From Desulfobacterales bacterium (lineage in GTDB: Bacteria; Desulfobacterota; Desulfobacteria; Desulfobacterales; UBA2174): a DNA stretch of 64,000 bases. The stretch spans positions 1,216,001 to 1,280,000 of the forward strand of contig CAXXWC010000021.1 of NCBI GenBank assembly GCA_963668645.2, read 5' to 3'. A model generated the notes under the pieces. That model searched no databases and had not been told where the DNA came from. It saw nothing but the letters and a program-made list of their open reading frames with translations. This document shows, piece after piece, positions 17,661 to 28,526 of this stretch (positions within the stretch are counted from its first letter, which is position 1; each line of letters begins with the position of its first letter). Made by a program: the position numbers and the translations under genes.

Positions 17661-17706
17661 ACCCTAACCCGGAAATTACTGGTCCTTTTTAGATCTTAAT
17701 AGCTAG

Positions 17707-19375
17707 TGTCCATCCGCGGCCGTAACTATCCGGCCGGCATAAAAAAAGCGCATTTTGTGCTGGAGTTTCGAGGCTGAGTGTAGTATAAACGATGTCGCCA
17801 AACAACCGTAAATACTAACAAAGCCGAGAAAAGGACCAACACAAAATGCGCGAAAAATGGCAACGCCAAATGCCCCTGATGCCCGAGATCGCCAGCCACA
17901 TCCAAGCCCAAGAGCTCGAAGCCATCTCCGGCATCCTGGACAGCAAACCTATCATCACCGAGTTCGTGCTGCAAGATCTTTGCAAGCGGCGCCGTGTTGT
18001 CAGCCGTGCCGGGGCAAAAGGCATGAGCGCCGAGCAGGTGCTGCGAGCGGCCGTGGTGATGAGGCTCCACGAGTTGACCTACCAGGACCTGGCTTTTCAT
18101 CTGGTCGACAGCCAGAGTATCCGGCGTTTTTGCCGTATCGGCATTGCCGACAAGGGGTTCAAAAAGTCGGTGCTCAACAAAAACATCAAGGCCCTGTCGG
18201 ATCAGACCTGGGAGGCGATCAACCTTGAAGTGCTCGGTTATGCCAAACAAAACAAGATCGAAAAAGGCCGTGTGGCACGTATCGATTGTACGGTTGTCGA
18301 AAGCAATATCCACGCGCCCAGTGATTCGAGCCTGCTGTATGATTGTGTCCGGGTGCTGAGCCGGTTGCAGCAAAGGGTCCGGGATCTTGGCCTGGGCCGA
18401 TTTGGATACCACGATCACCGCCGGGTGGCCAAACGGCGCATGGTCAAAATTCAGTACGCCCGCAGCAAAAATGAACGTCGTGGGGCCTATGTCGATCTTC
18501 TCAAGTACACGGCAAAGTCGTTGGCTTCGGCCCGGCGCGCTATCGAACGGCTCAAGACGGTCGGTGCTGACAACCTGACCGCGCTGGGCCTGTTTTTTGA
18601 ATTGGAACGCTACGTTGCACTGACTGAAAAGGTCATCGCGCAGACCCAGCGCCGCGTCATCAAAGGAGAGAAGGTTCCGGCCTCGGAAAAGCTCGTGTCG
18701 ATTTTCGAGGAGCATACCGACATCATCGTCAAGGACCGGCGCGACACATTTTTCGGTCACAAGATATGTCTGACCGGAGGCCGTTCGAACCTGATTCTCG
18801 ATTGTCAGATCGTGGAAGGCAACCCGGCCGATGTGACCTTGACCCAGACGATGCTCGATCGGCAAGAAAAGATTTACGGGCGCTGCCCGCTCAAAGTTGC
18901 ACTGGACGGAGGGTTTGCTTCCAAGGCGAATTTGAAGGCCGCCAAGGACAAGGGAATCAAAGACGTCTGTTTTGCCAAAAAGCGCGGCCTGGACCCGGAG
19001 AAGATGTGCCGCAGCCCGTATGTGTACAGGCGCCTTCGTCGCTTCCGGGCCGGCATCGAGGCGGGCATATCCTGGCTCAAGCGCAGCCTGGGGCTGGATC
19101 GGTGCATTTGGAAAGGATGGCGATCGTTCCAGAGTTATGTTTGGGCGTCGATCGTTTCGGCCAACCTGCTTACGATTGCCCGCAAACAGTTGGCCTGACG
19201 GTACGGCACCCGTTCGATACGTAAAGCCAACAGGTGAGGTGTTCCCGGATTTTAGGGTGAATGGTAACATTTACTGTTAAGGGCTTGTTTTTTGCTAAAT
19301 TCTTTCGAGATTATTCGCCTGCCGCCTCTTTGCAGGGTCCTCGGGCGGCTGATTTTGGCGATTTATGGACGGAAA
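17707..19375 (+). mobile_element. Apparently complete IS (ISNCY/IS5-like) with CTAG target duplication
   Basis: Ends TGTCCATCC...GGACGGAAA; CTAG at 17703-17706 and 19376-19379; encloses an intact transposase. Confidence 0.8.
17846..19198 (+). CDS. DDE transposase (ISNCY-like), 450 aa
   Basis: RIDCTVVESNIHAPSDS, KLVSIFE, LDGGFAS, RAGIEAGISWLKR. Confidence 0.92.
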   Translation: MREKWQRQMPLMPEIASHIQAQELEAISGILDSKPIITEFVLQDLCKRRRVVSRAGAKGMSAEQVLRAAVVMRLHELTYQDLAFHLVDSQSIRRFCRIGIADKGFKKSVLNKNIKALSDQTWEAINLEVLGYAKQNKIEKGRVARIDCTVVESNIHAPSDSSLLYDCVRVLSRLQQRVRDLGLGRFGYHDHRRVAKRRMVKIQYARSKNERRGAYVDLLKYTAKSLASARRAIERLKTVGADNLTALGLFFELERYVALTEKVIAQTQRRVIKGEKVPASEKLVSIFEEHTDIIVKDRRDTFFGHKICLTGGRSNLILDCQIVEGNPADVTLTQTMLDRQEKIYGRCPLKVALDGGFASKANLKAAKDKGIKDVCFAKKRGLDPEKMCRSPYVYRRLRRFRAGIEAGISWLKRSLGLDRCIWKGWRSFQSYVWASIVSANLLTIARKQLA

Positions 19376-19673
19376 CTAGCTATAAGAGATGCGCCGACCA
19401 AGGTTCACAACCGTCACACATTTATGATGAAACGATGACAACACCCTTCTCTGAGCTGCTGCATAGCCTTAGCTGAAAGCTGATTCGTCGCCTTTTTCGA
19501 ATAAAAGGAAAGAGTCGGATTTCTCCGAAAATTGGTGGGATTACATGTACTGAAAAGCCAAAATACCCTATCGGCACAGGTTATCAGGCTCACACGAATT
19601 TAGTGCAAACGAATTTAAATTTCAGAATCTTAGAATCCAGACATAAAGATAATCTCTCTTAAAAGCTCATCCC

Positions 19674-20789
19674 TTAAAGACCACTGTCCAAACAAAGCCG
19701 GTCTCGGAACGCCAGCCGCAGATCTGCCCGCACCATATCCTTGACAAGATCATCGAAGCCGATCCGCGGTGCCCAGCCGAGCTTTTCCCGTGCCTTGGCC
19801 GCATCGCCGAGCAGGGTATCCACCTCGGTGGGCCGGAAATAGCGTGGATCGATCCGCACGATGGTCTGGCCCTCGATGGCTGCCAGGCAGCCGGGCGGAT
19901 CCTTGACCAGGCCGGTTTCCTCGACCGCCGTTATAATGCCCTCCTCTGCCGCACCGTTGCCCCGCCACTGGATCGTCATGCCGAGCTCGGTTGCCACCGC
20001 TTCTATAAAGGCGCGCACTGTATGCTGGCATCCGGTGGCGATGACATAGTCATCGGGCTTTTCCTGCTGGAGCATGAGCCACTGCATCTCCACGTAATCG
20101 CGGGCATGGCCCCAGTCGCGCTCGGCATCCAGGTTGCCCAGGAAGAGGCAGCCCTGCAATCCGAGGCGGATCCGGGTCAGGGCACGGGTGATCTTGCGAG
20201 TAACGAAGGTCTCACCGCGTATCGGCGACTCGTGGTTGAACAAAATCCCGTTGCAGGCATATATTCCGTAAGCTTCCCGGTAGTTGATAGTGATCCAGTA
20301 GGCGTAAAGCTTGGCTGCTGCGTAGGGCGATCGCGGGTAGAAGGGCGTCGTCTCACACTGGGGGATCTGCTGCACCCTGCCGAACAGCTCTGAAGTCGAC
20401 GCCTGGTAAAAGCGGGTCTTTTGCGTCATTTTCAGGATGCGGATACCTTCCAAAAGACGCAAAGCTCCCAGCCCGTCTACGTTGGCGGTATATTCTGGCT
20501 GTTCGAAAGAAACCGCCACATGGCTCTGGGCCCCGAGGTTGTATATCTCGTCGGGCTGAACGGCCTGCATGATGCGAATCAGGTTGGTGGCATCGGTCAA
20601 ATCCCCATAGTGCAAAAAGAGACGCCGCTTCGGATCATGGGGCCCCTGGTATAGATGGTCGATGCGTTCGGTGTTGAACGATGACGAACGCCGCTTGATG
20701 CCGTGAACTTCATAGCCTTTGGCCAACAGCAGGCCGGCCAGATAGGCACCGTCTTGGCCAGTAATGCCGGTAATGAGCGCTTTTTTCAT
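19674..20789 (-). CDS. gmd: GDP-mannose 4,6-dehydratase
   Basis: [40 protein letters not shown]. Confidence 0.97.
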   Translation of the reverse strand: MKKALITGITGQDGAYLAGLLLAKGYEVHGIKRRSSSFNTERIDHLYQGPHDPKRRLFLHYGDLTDATNLIRIMQAVQPDEIYNLGAQSHVAVSFEQPEYTANVDGLGALRLLEGIRILKMTQKTRFYQASTSELFGRVQQIPQCETTPFYPRSPYAAAKLYAYWITINYREAYGIYACNGILFNHESPIRGETFVTRKITRALTRIRLGLQGCLFLGNLDAERDWGHARDYVEMQWLMLQQEKPDDYVIATGCQHTVRAFIEAVATELGMTIQWRGNGAAEEGIITAVEETGLVKDPPGCLAAIEGQTIVRIDPRYFRPTEVDTLLGDAAKAREKLGWAPRIGFDDLVKDMVRADLRLAFRDRLCLDSGL

Positions 20790-20885
20790 AATCTCCGTTC
20801 GGTCTCTCTGTGCAAAAGCGGTTAAATGCCTTCTTGTCTTCCTTCCTTTTGATTCATGCCACCCATGGACCTTCGCAGCCCAAGG

Positions 20886-22097
20886 CTAGAGGCCGTCACT
20901 TTTCGGCAAACTGAGAAACTGATCGTAGTTGCTGGGAAAAATGACCTCTGTACGCGCATGGCGGTAAGCGCCGGTAAATGTCTTGGCAAAAGCAGCGGTA
21001 GACCTGAATCCATCGTGTTTGAACGCGAAGGCGGCCAGGGCCGATCCATCGGCCTCGACGTAGTCGATCTGCTGCTTTTGGGTAGTGCGCCAAAAATATC
21101 CCGTGGCTCGCATCCCGCGGTTGGCGATCAGCTTGCGCCGCTCGGCCACAAGGAAGTTTTCCCACAACGGGCCGGAGTCGGTACGGCTGGTCAAGGGTAG
21201 AAAGTTGCCGATCACGGCGTTGCGGACCCCGTTGTCCACAAAATATATTTTCTTTCCCTTCTTGATTTCATTGCGCACACTACGGCTGTATGCCGGCAGA
21301 CGAAAGAGGACAAAAGCCTTTTCCAGCAGATCGACGTAGCGTTCCACAGTATGGGCATCGGCACCGGTCAACTGCCCAAGTTCATAAAAGGAGATCTCGC
21401 TGCCGATCTTCAATGCCAGTGCCTTGACGAGCTTTTCCAGGAGCGACGGCTTCTTGAGGCCGTCAAGAAGTAGAAGATCCTTGAAAAGGTAGCTGTCTAC
21501 CAGCATATTGACCAGTTCCTTGGCCAAATGCGGGCGCAGCACGACCCAGGGATAGCTGCCGTAAATCAGGCGCTGTTCCAACCAACGCCGCTCCTCCCCA
21601 AGTCCGTGATGGGCCGCCAGCTCTGCGAAGGAAAACGGGTAAAGCGTAAATTGGACATTGGGCACGGACTGTGTCCGGTCGTCGTTGACACTCATATCCA
21701 GGGCACAAGATCCGGTGACAATGACCTGCACTTCTGGAATCCGTTCCACGATCAGTTTCAATACGGCGCCAATATTGGCGACCCTTTGGGCCCCCTGGAT
21801 GCATAGCATCCGGTTGCGACCGAAAAAGGCGCGCAAACGACCATGATCCGGATGTTCCAGCAGCTCCCGCACATCCGGTTGATCGGCGTTTAGAAACAAA
21901 TGGGGTTTTCCGCAGCGCTCCATTAGGACATGAAGCAGGGTGGTCTTACCGGACCGCCGGGGTCCGATCAAGGCGATGGTCCGTCCCTTGAAAAACCGGT
22001 CCTGAACCATCGGCGCCAACTCACGAATTATAATATTTTTAGATTTCGTGTCTTTTATAACATGCGATCTTAGCATCCCATCATTTTCAAGCACCAT
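20886..22097 (-). CDS. AAA_14 ATPase + DUF4143-type protein with degenerate catalytic motifs
   Basis: Walker A GPRRSGKTT, KKIYFVDNGVRNA, YFWRTTQKQQID. Start uncertain. Confidence 0.8.
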   Translation of the reverse strand: MVLENDGMLRSHVIKDTKSKNIIIRELAPMVQDRFFKGRTIALIGPRRSGKTTLLHVLMERCGKPHLFLNADQPDVRELLEHPDHGRLRAFFGRNRMLCIQGAQRVANIGAVLKLIVERIPEVQVIVTGSCALDMSVNDDRTQSVPNVQFTLYPFSFAELAAHHGLGEERRWLEQRLIYGSYPWVVLRPHLAKELVNMLVDSYLFKDLLLLDGLKKPSLLEKLVKALALKIGSEISFYELGQLTGADAHTVERYVDLLEKAFVLFRLPAYSRSVRNEIKKGKKIYFVDNGVRNAVIGNFLPLTSRTDSGPLWENFLVAERRKLIANRGMRATGYFWRTTQKQQIDYVEADGSALAAFAFKHDGFRSTAAFAKTFTGAYRHARTEVIFPSNYDQFLSLPKSDGL

Positions 22098-22649
22098 TCA
22101 CCGCCCACCCAAAGTAAAAATTGAAAACAATTGTTTAATATTACTAAGGTAAAAAAGGGACAGTTCTGCTCCTTTGAAAACCCAACCAATCGTATTTATT
22201 GGGTTACAAGTAATTCTGGAACAGAAGGTCGATTTTCAGTTAGTATTGAATCGCGACCTATGGATTTAAAAGCTATTCAGCCTCTTGGATTGCTTCTGTC
22301 TATGCGCTAAAGATGTCCTTGTCAAGAGGAATCGAATTGTGGTCATTAAGGGTATGTTTAGGTTTTTTCAGGTTTTTCTTTCAACCACCACACTCAAAAC
22401 GAAAATCATCGGGTCTGCTTCTTGAATCTACCATCCTGAAAGCAGGACAAATTCAAGATCCCGCCTTGGCCACCCGGCGTGGGCGTTCTTGGCGTACATA
22501 CAGGCTCGCAACAAGCCTGGAGGCCGTCCGAAAACATCTAAAAGCGACGTCCTGAAGTTATTATTCGTCGGACAAGGTTAGTTATACGACTAATACATCG
22601 GTCAAGATCAAGATCTTTTGTCTGTAATTTAGTTTTCGCTATTTTTAAA

Positions 22650-23906
22650 TCAAATCACCTGATGACGATTTCCCAGGGCCTTGAAAGCCTGGATCAGTCG
22701 CTTATTGCAGGTATGCAGGTCAGCCCCGGACTGAGCGCCGGCAGGGATAAAAGGCAGGTCAAGCGGTGGACCGAAGCGCACCGTCACCGGCCCCCTCTTA
22801 AGGCGGCTGCTCCAGCGCGGCATGAGCCCGTAAGCTCCGGAAATGCCCACCGGCACCACCGGCACCCCGGCCGCCAAAAGCAGACGCAAAGTGGTGCGTT
22901 TGAACGGCAGCCGGCCCCCGTCCCAGCAACGCTCGCCTTCCGGGAAGAGCCCCAGAACATGGCCCCCGGCCAAAATCCGCATGGCGTTGTGCACCGCTAC
23001 CGGATCGGTGGTGTAGCGGCGCACCGGAAAGGCGCGCGACCAGACCAGAAAACGGTCGAGCAGCGGATAATCGAACTGGGAGTTCTTGGTCATGAACCAG
23101 ATGGGCCGCGACGCCGCGGAGGAGAGCAGGATGGCATCCAGAAAGGAACTGTGGTTGGCCGCGACGATCACAGGGCCGGAAACGGGTAATCTGTCACGGC
23201 CTTCGATATGCAGAGGCAGCCAAACGCGCAGCAGAGCGCGCACCGCCCCGCGCAGCATCTCAAAAGCGGTCGGTGTCGGCCCCGGTCCGGCCGGCCGGCT
23301 GCGAACCACCGCAAGACTGCCGACCGGAACCGCCGGAGGGGCGAATTCGTCCTCGAAACGGATGCGCGGGCAGTACTCGGCGATCCGGCGCGGCTGATGG
23401 AAGACGGCCAGGGCTCCGGCAAGGGCATCCTCCCAGCGCTTGCCGGCTGCACCGGCCAGATCGAAAAAAAATACCCCTTGATCCCGCGTGCCCACAATGA
23501 CGGTGTGCGACTCGATGGTGACGGCCAAGATCTGAGCCAAACCGATGCTCAGATCCAGGCCGCCCCCCTGTATCGCCAGCCGCCTTGCATCGAGATGGAG
23601 CCTGGCCTGCCCCAGAGGCTTTCGACCGTAAGCCACCGCACTCAGGCCGCCAGCGCCCCTAAAGAAGCCCCGCCGCTGCTCCAACGCAACCGCTACCGGG
23701 CCGCTGGCCAGTCCCTCGGGGGGCATCCGGTCCAAGCGTCGCACGGCGGCGTACCAGTGGGCCATATCGCCGGCCCGTCCGCCGATAACGGCCGTAGATC
23801 TGTTCCGGCCCAGCTGCACATCTGCCCCGCAGCCGCGACAGCGGCCGGCCTCCAGCCAAGGCTCGGCCCCGCACAGCGGGCAGCGGTATAACAGGCGCGT
23901 GATCAT
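22650..23906 (-). CDS. PlsC-family lysophospholipid acyltransferase with N-terminal zinc ribbon
   Basis: NHSSFLD and FPEGER motifs; N-terminal CPLC...CRGC. Confidence 0.85.
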   Translation of the reverse strand: MITRLLYRCPLCGAEPWLEAGRCRGCGADVQLGRNRSTAVIGGRAGDMAHWYAAVRRLDRMPPEGLASGPVAVALEQRRGFFRGAGGLSAVAYGRKPLGQARLHLDARRLAIQGGGLDLSIGLAQILAVTIESHTVIVGTRDQGVFFFDLAGAAGKRWEDALAGALAVFHQPRRIAEYCPRIRFEDEFAPPAVPVGSLAVVRSRPAGPGPTPTAFEMLRGAVRALLRVWLPLHIEGRDRLPVSGPVIVAANHSSFLDAILLSSAASRPIWFMTKNSQFDYPLLDRFLVWSRAFPVRRYTTDPVAVHNAMRILAGGHVLGLFPEGERCWDGGRLPFKRTTLRLLLAAGVPVVPVGISGAYGLMPRWSSRLKRGPVTVRFGPPLDLPFIPAGAQSGADLHTCNKRLIQAFKALGNRHQVI

Positions 23907-23930
23907 GTGCCAGGTGCCAGAGGATCACGC

Positions 23931-24020
23931 AAATTCGAATATCGAAACTCTAAATTCGAAACAAAGGCATTTGGGTTTGTCATATTCGGATTTTGAACAT
24001 TTGCATTCATTTCGAAGTTC
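23931..24020. repeat. Intergenic 7-bp-period repeat (AAATTCG/AATATCG), partly inverted
   Basis: AAATTCG-AATATCG-AAACTCT-AAATTCG followed by CGGATTT-like units. Confidence 0.6.
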
Positions 24021-26667
24021 AGTCTTTGCCGCCCATCTTCCGGGCCGCTTCCAAGGCGGCGGCCAAGGCCGCGTCGAGGTTTTCCGGCCGGTTGCCGCCG
24101 GCCTGGGCCAGATCCGGCCGGCCGCCGCCGCCGCCGCCAACTTCGGCCGCAGCGGCCCGGATGATCTGGCCGGCATGAAAGCGTCCAGCAAGATCGCGCG
24201 TTACGGCGGCCACCAGCAGGGCCTTGCCTGCAGCCTCGGCCCCCAGGACCACCACCCCGGAACCGAGCCGGTCGCGGAAACGGTCCGCGAGTTCACGCAG
24301 GGCCGCCGGGCTGTCCACCGGCACCTGACGCACCATCACCGGCACACCGGCCACTGTGTGAGGTGCTTCCCCGGCCTCGGGGCCGCCGGCTGCGGCAGCG
24401 GCCTGCTCGGTCTTAATGCGGGCCAATTCCTTCTCCAAACGCTTTTGTTCGGCCATTATCCTGTCCAGACGTTCCACCAGGGCCTCGTTGGGGGTTTTAA
24501 GACGGCGGGCCACCTCGGCCAGACGCTGCGTTTCGGCCTGCATGTGAGCCACGGCAACCGCCCCAGTCAGGGCTTCGATGCGCCGCACGCCCGATGCCAC
24601 CCCGGCCTCGGAGAGGATCACGAACAGTCCGATGTCGCCGGTGCGCGCCGTGTGGGTACCACCGCACAACTCCTTGGAAAAATCGGCCAGGGAAACCACC
24701 CGCACCCGGTCCCCGTACTTTTCCTCAAAAAGAGCCGTTGCCCCGGACTGGAAGGCCGCTTCGGCGGCCATCTCGGCCACCGCCACCGGCACGTTGGCCC
24801 GCACCCTGGTGTTGACCTGGGCTTCGATCCGGGCCAGGGCCTCATCCTCGATGGGTGAAAAATGGGTAAAATCGAAGCGCAGCCGATCAGGGCTCACCAG
24901 GGAGCCGGCCTGTTTGACATGATCGCCCAGCACGGCGCGCAGCTCTCCATGCAAAATATGGGTGGCGGTGTGATTGCAGGCCGTAGCGGCCCGGCGCTCG
25001 GCGTCCACCGCCATTTCGACCCGCTGGCCGCCCTCGATGCGCCCCGCGGCCACCCTCCCCTTGTGGATGATCAGCCCGGTGGGATCCTTGATGGTGTCAG
25101 CCACCTCCACAACCGCCCCGTTGCCGGTTCGGATGCGTCCCTGATCACCTACCTGGCCGCCGGCCTCACCGTAAAACGGAGTGCGGTCCGTTACGATCTC
25201 CACTTCGGCCCCGGCGTCTGCTGCGGCCACGGCCTGGCCGTCCACCACCACCAACAGCACCACGGCTTCGGCCGTCGTGGCGTCGTAGCCGACGAATTCG
25301 GGCTGGATCCCCTGGCTGGACAGATCACGATAGGCATCGGCGAGCTTGCCGAAGCTAGCCACGCGCCGCGACTGGGCACGCTGAGCCGCCATGCCAGCCT
25401 CGAAACCGGTCATGTCCAGGGTCAGCCCCTCGTCGCGCACCACGTCGCGCACGATGTCCACCGGAAACCCGTACGTGTCGTAAAGTTTGAAAATCACATC
25501 ACCGGGCACTTCGCGCGCGCCCCGAGCGCGCAGCTCGCCCAGGGCATCGCCCAGTACCTTCAGGCCGTGGTCCAACGTTTCGGAAAAGCGCACCTCCTCG
25601 TTGCGGATCACGTTGGTGATAAAACTGGCCGCCTCGCTCAGTTCCGGGTAGGCCGGCCGCATGATCTCGAAAACCACCCGGGCCGTCTCGTGCAAAAAAG
25701 GATCGCCCAAACCGATGTTGCGTCCATAGCGGATCGCCCGGCGCATGATGCGCCGCAGCACGTAGCCACGCCCTTCGTTGGCGGGCAGAATCCCGTCGCC
25801 GATCAAAAAGGCCGCGGCCCGGCTGTGGTCGGCGATCACCTTGAGGGCTACGTCCCCTTCCCGGCTGCGGCCGTAAGGGCAACCGGCCAGTTCGGCGGCC
25901 CGGTCGATAATCGGCCGGATCAGGTCGGTCTCGAAGTTGTTCTCCTTGTCCTGGAGCACGGAGGCGATGCGCTCCAGCCCGGCCCCGGTGTCGATGCTCG
26001 GCCGGGGCAAAGGGGTCATGCGGCCTTCGGCGTCGCGGTTGAATTGCATGAAGACCAGGTTCCACAGCTCGAGGTAGCGGTCGCACTCGCACCCGAGCTT
26101 GCAGTCCGGCCGGCTGCATCCGAATTGCGGGCCGCGATCCAGATGGATCTCCGAACACGGGCCGCAGGGGCCGGTATCGCCCATGGCCCAGAAGTTGTCC
26201 TTCTCGCCGAAGCGTACGATCCGTTCGGCCGGCACCCCCACCACCTTCTGCCACAGCTCGAAGGCCTCGTCGTCGTCAAGGTAGATCGAGACCCAGAGCC
26301 GGTCGGCCGGCAGGCCGAACCCGCTGGTGAGAAGATCCCATCCGAATTCGATGGCCTTTTCCTTGAAATAGTCGCCGAAGGAAAAGTTGCCCAGCATCTC
26401 GAAGAAGGTATGATGACGGGCAGTGTAGCCGACATTTTCCAGGTCGTTGTGCTTGCCGCCGGCACGCACGCATTTCTGAGAGGTGACGGCCCGCTGGTAA
26501 GGTCGCTTTTCATCGCCCAGAAAAACCCGCTTGAACTGCACCATGCCTGCGTTGGTAAAAAGCAGGGTCGGATCGTCGGCCGGCACCAGCGAACTGCTGC
26601 GCACGATCTGGTGCCCTTGGTGCTGGAAGTAGTTCAAAAATTTCTGGCGAATTTCGTTGCCCGTCAT
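24019..26667 (-). CDS. alaS: Alanine--tRNA ligase
   Basis: DPTLLFTNAGM, HHTFFEMLGNFSFGDYFK, ELCGGTH. Confidence 0.99.
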   Translation of the reverse strand: MTGNEIRQKFLNYFQHQGHQIVRSSSLVPADDPTLLFTNAGMVQFKRVFLGDEKRPYQRAVTSQKCVRAGGKHNDLENVGYTARHHTFFEMLGNFSFGDYFKEKAIEFGWDLLTSGFGLPADRLWVSIYLDDDEAFELWQKVVGVPAERIVRFGEKDNFWAMGDTGPCGPCSEIHLDRGPQFGCSRPDCKLGCECDRYLELWNLVFMQFNRDAEGRMTPLPRPSIDTGAGLERIASVLQDKENNFETDLIRPIIDRAAELAGCPYGRSREGDVALKVIADHSRAAAFLIGDGILPANEGRGYVLRRIMRRAIRYGRNIGLGDPFLHETARVVFEIMRPAYPELSEAASFITNVIRNEEVRFSETLDHGLKVLGDALGELRARGAREVPGDVIFKLYDTYGFPVDIVRDVVRDEGLTLDMTGFEAGMAAQRAQSRRVASFGKLADAYRDLSSQGIQPEFVGYDATTAEAVVLLVVVDGQAVAAADAGAEVEIVTDRTPFYGEAGGQVGDQGRIRTGNGAVVEVADTIKDPTGLIIHKGRVAAGRIEGGQRVEMAVDAERRAATACNHTATHILHGELRAVLGDHVKQAGSLVSPDRLRFDFTHFSPIEDEALARIEAQVNTRVRANVPVAVAEMAAEAAFQSGATALFEEKYGDRVRVVSLADFSKELCGGTHTARTGDIGLFVILSEAGVASGVRRIEALTGAVAVAHMQAETQRLAEVARRLKTPNEALVERLDRIMAEQKRLEKELARIKTEQAAAAAGGPEAGEAPHTVAGVPVMVRQVPVDSPAALRELADRFRDRLGSGVVVLGAEAAGKALLVAAVTRDLAGRFHAGQIIRAAAAEVGGGGGGRPDLAQAGGNRPENLDAALAAALEAARKMGGKD

Positions 26668-26707
26668 GTATCGCTCCGATAAGATTTGAGATTCAAGGTT
26701 CTATGCC

Positions 26708-26825
26708 AAATCCGAAATCCGAATATCGAAATTCGAATCTTCCCAACGAAAGCCCCCAACGCCTTCGTTTCGAGCTTGTTTTATTTGATACTGGAGCATT
26801 GTTTCGGATTTCGATATCCGAATTT
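26708..26825. repeat. Intergenic inverted arrays of 7-bp repeats
   Basis: AAATCCG-AAATCCG-AATATCG-AAATTCG (26708-26735) and CGGATTT-CGATATC-CGAATTT (26805-26825). Confidence 0.7.
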
Positions 26826-26892
26826 GCCGTTTCAGTCGTTGTTTCGGATTTGCCGTTATGCGCCCACAGCGCGCTGTCCTGCGTCTTCCGCC

Positions 26893-27921
26893 CTACTCCT
26901 CCCCTTTCTCGGGCGAACTCTTGCCTGGCACCAGGGCCAGTTTCTCGCGCACTTTCTCGAGCAGAGCGGCGTAGACATCCGGATTTTCCTTAAAAAAACG
27001 CTTGACGTTCTCGCGCCCCTGACCGATGCGATCCCCGTCGTAGCTGTACCAGCTCCCGCTCTTTTCGATGGCCCCCACCGCCACCCCGTTGTCCAGCAGG
27101 TCTCCGGCGGCCGAGATCCCCTCGCCGTACATGATGTCGAATTCGGCCTCTTGAAAAGGCGGGGCCAGCTTGTTCTTGACCACCTTGACCCGGGTGCGGT
27201 TGCCGATCACCTCCTGGCCTTCCTTTATCGCGCCGATACGCCGGATGTCCATGCGCACAGAGGCGTAGAATTTCAGGGCATTGCCGCCGGTGGTGGTTTC
27301 CGGGTTGCCGAAAACCACCCCGATCTTCATGCGAATCTGGTTGATGAAGATCAGGGTGGTCATGGTCTTGCTGATATTGGCGGTCAGCTTGCGCAGGGCC
27401 TGGCTCATCAGCCGGGCCTGGAGTCCCATGTGAGCGTCGCCCATCTCGCCTTCGATCTCGGCCCGCGGCGTCAGGGCCGCCACCGAGTCGATCACGATGA
27501 TGTCCACCGCCCCGCTGCGTACCAGCATATCGGCGATCTCCAGGGCTTGTTCACCCGTGTCGGGCTGGCTGACGAGCAGTTCGTCGCAGTCGACGCCCAG
27601 CTTGCGCGCGTAAACCGTGTCCAGAGCGTGCTCGGCGTCGATGAAGGCGGCGATCCCCCCCTGGCGCTGGGCCTCGGACACCGCGTGCAGGGCCAGGGTA
27701 GTCTTGCCGGACGACTCGGGGCCATAAATCTCGATGATCCGGCCCCGGGGCAAACCGCCGATGCCCAAGGCCTTGTCCAGGGCCAGGGCCCCGGTACGAA
27801 TCACCGGGACCTGAACGATGGGCTGGCTGCCCAGTTTCATGATGGCCCCCTTGCCGAACTGGCGCTCGATCTGGCCGATGGCGCTCTGTACGGCGCGATT
27901 CTTTTCCGCTGCCGGGCTCAT
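26893..27921 (-). CDS. recA: Recombinase RecA
   Basis: [25 protein letters not shown]. Confidence 0.99.
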   Translation of the reverse strand: MSPAAEKNRAVQSAIGQIERQFGKGAIMKLGSQPIVQVPVIRTGALALDKALGIGGLPRGRIIEIYGPESSGKTTLALHAVSEAQRQGGIAAFIDAEHALDTVYARKLGVDCDELLVSQPDTGEQALEIADMLVRSGAVDIIVIDSVAALTPRAEIEGEMGDAHMGLQARLMSQALRKLTANISKTMTTLIFINQIRMKIGVVFGNPETTTGGNALKFYASVRMDIRRIGAIKEGQEVIGNRTRVKVVKNKLAPPFQEAEFDIMYGEGISAAGDLLDNGVAVGAIEKSGSWYSYDGDRIGQGRENVKRFFKENPDVYAALLEKVREKLALVPGKSSPEKGEE

Positions 27922-28526
27922 GGTCTACCTCCTGTTGCGCTGGATCCCGTATCCTGCCCCAGCCGAACCTGTGCCAGCGGGGTGTAACGCGCCCCGCCGT
28001 GTTCCAGGATGCTGCGGAACAGAACCAGAGATGCGACCTCGAAGGACGGTGCCTCCAGGGTCTGGTGAGTTTTGAGAATTTCGACGATGCGGTGCGTATC
28101 GAATTCGCCCCGGGCCCGCGCCAGGGTCAGATGGGCGGTCCAGGGCCGCCTTTCTGGTAAAAAACCGGCACTGGCCAGCTCTGCCGCCACATGTTTTTGC
28201 AGGTCGAACAAAGCCGGCAGATCCCCCTTCAGCCCTGCCCACAGAACCCGCGCCCGCTGGGGTCGCGGAAAAACACCCAGCCCTGCCGGGACCAGGCGGA
28301 TGGGCGCCGCCCCCCTTACGGCCCGCGTCAGCGCTGCGGCCAGCGGATCCACGGCCCCGGACGCCACGTCGCCCAAAAACTGAAAGGTCAGGTGGATGTT
28401 GCCCGCCGGCACCCAGCGTCCACGCAGGCCGGTCGCCTGCAGCCGTGCAGCCAGGCGCCCGAGAAAATCGGCCACCGCCCCTGGCAAGGGCGCAGCCACG
28501 AAGGCGCGCAGGGTCGCCCCGCTCAT
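27918..28526 (-). CDS. thpR: RNA 2',3'-cyclic phosphodiesterase (2H family)
   Basis: Two HxT motifs ([14 protein letters not shown]); lies upstream of recA. Confidence 0.92.
   Translation of the reverse strand: MSGATLRAFVAAPLPGAVADFLGRLAARLQATGLRGRWVPAGNIHLTFQFLGDVASGAVDPLAAALTRAVRGAAPIRLVPAGLGVFPRPQRARVLWAGLKGDLPALFDLQKHVAAELASAGFLPERRPWTAHLTLARARGEFDTHRIVEILKTHQTLEAPSFEVASLVLFRSILEHGGARYTPLAQVRLGQDTGSSATGGRP

Noticed and set aside
13604..22600. Genomic island integrated at tRNA-Arg
   Set aside because: No duplicated tRNA 3' end and no integrase found by eye; only IS debris.
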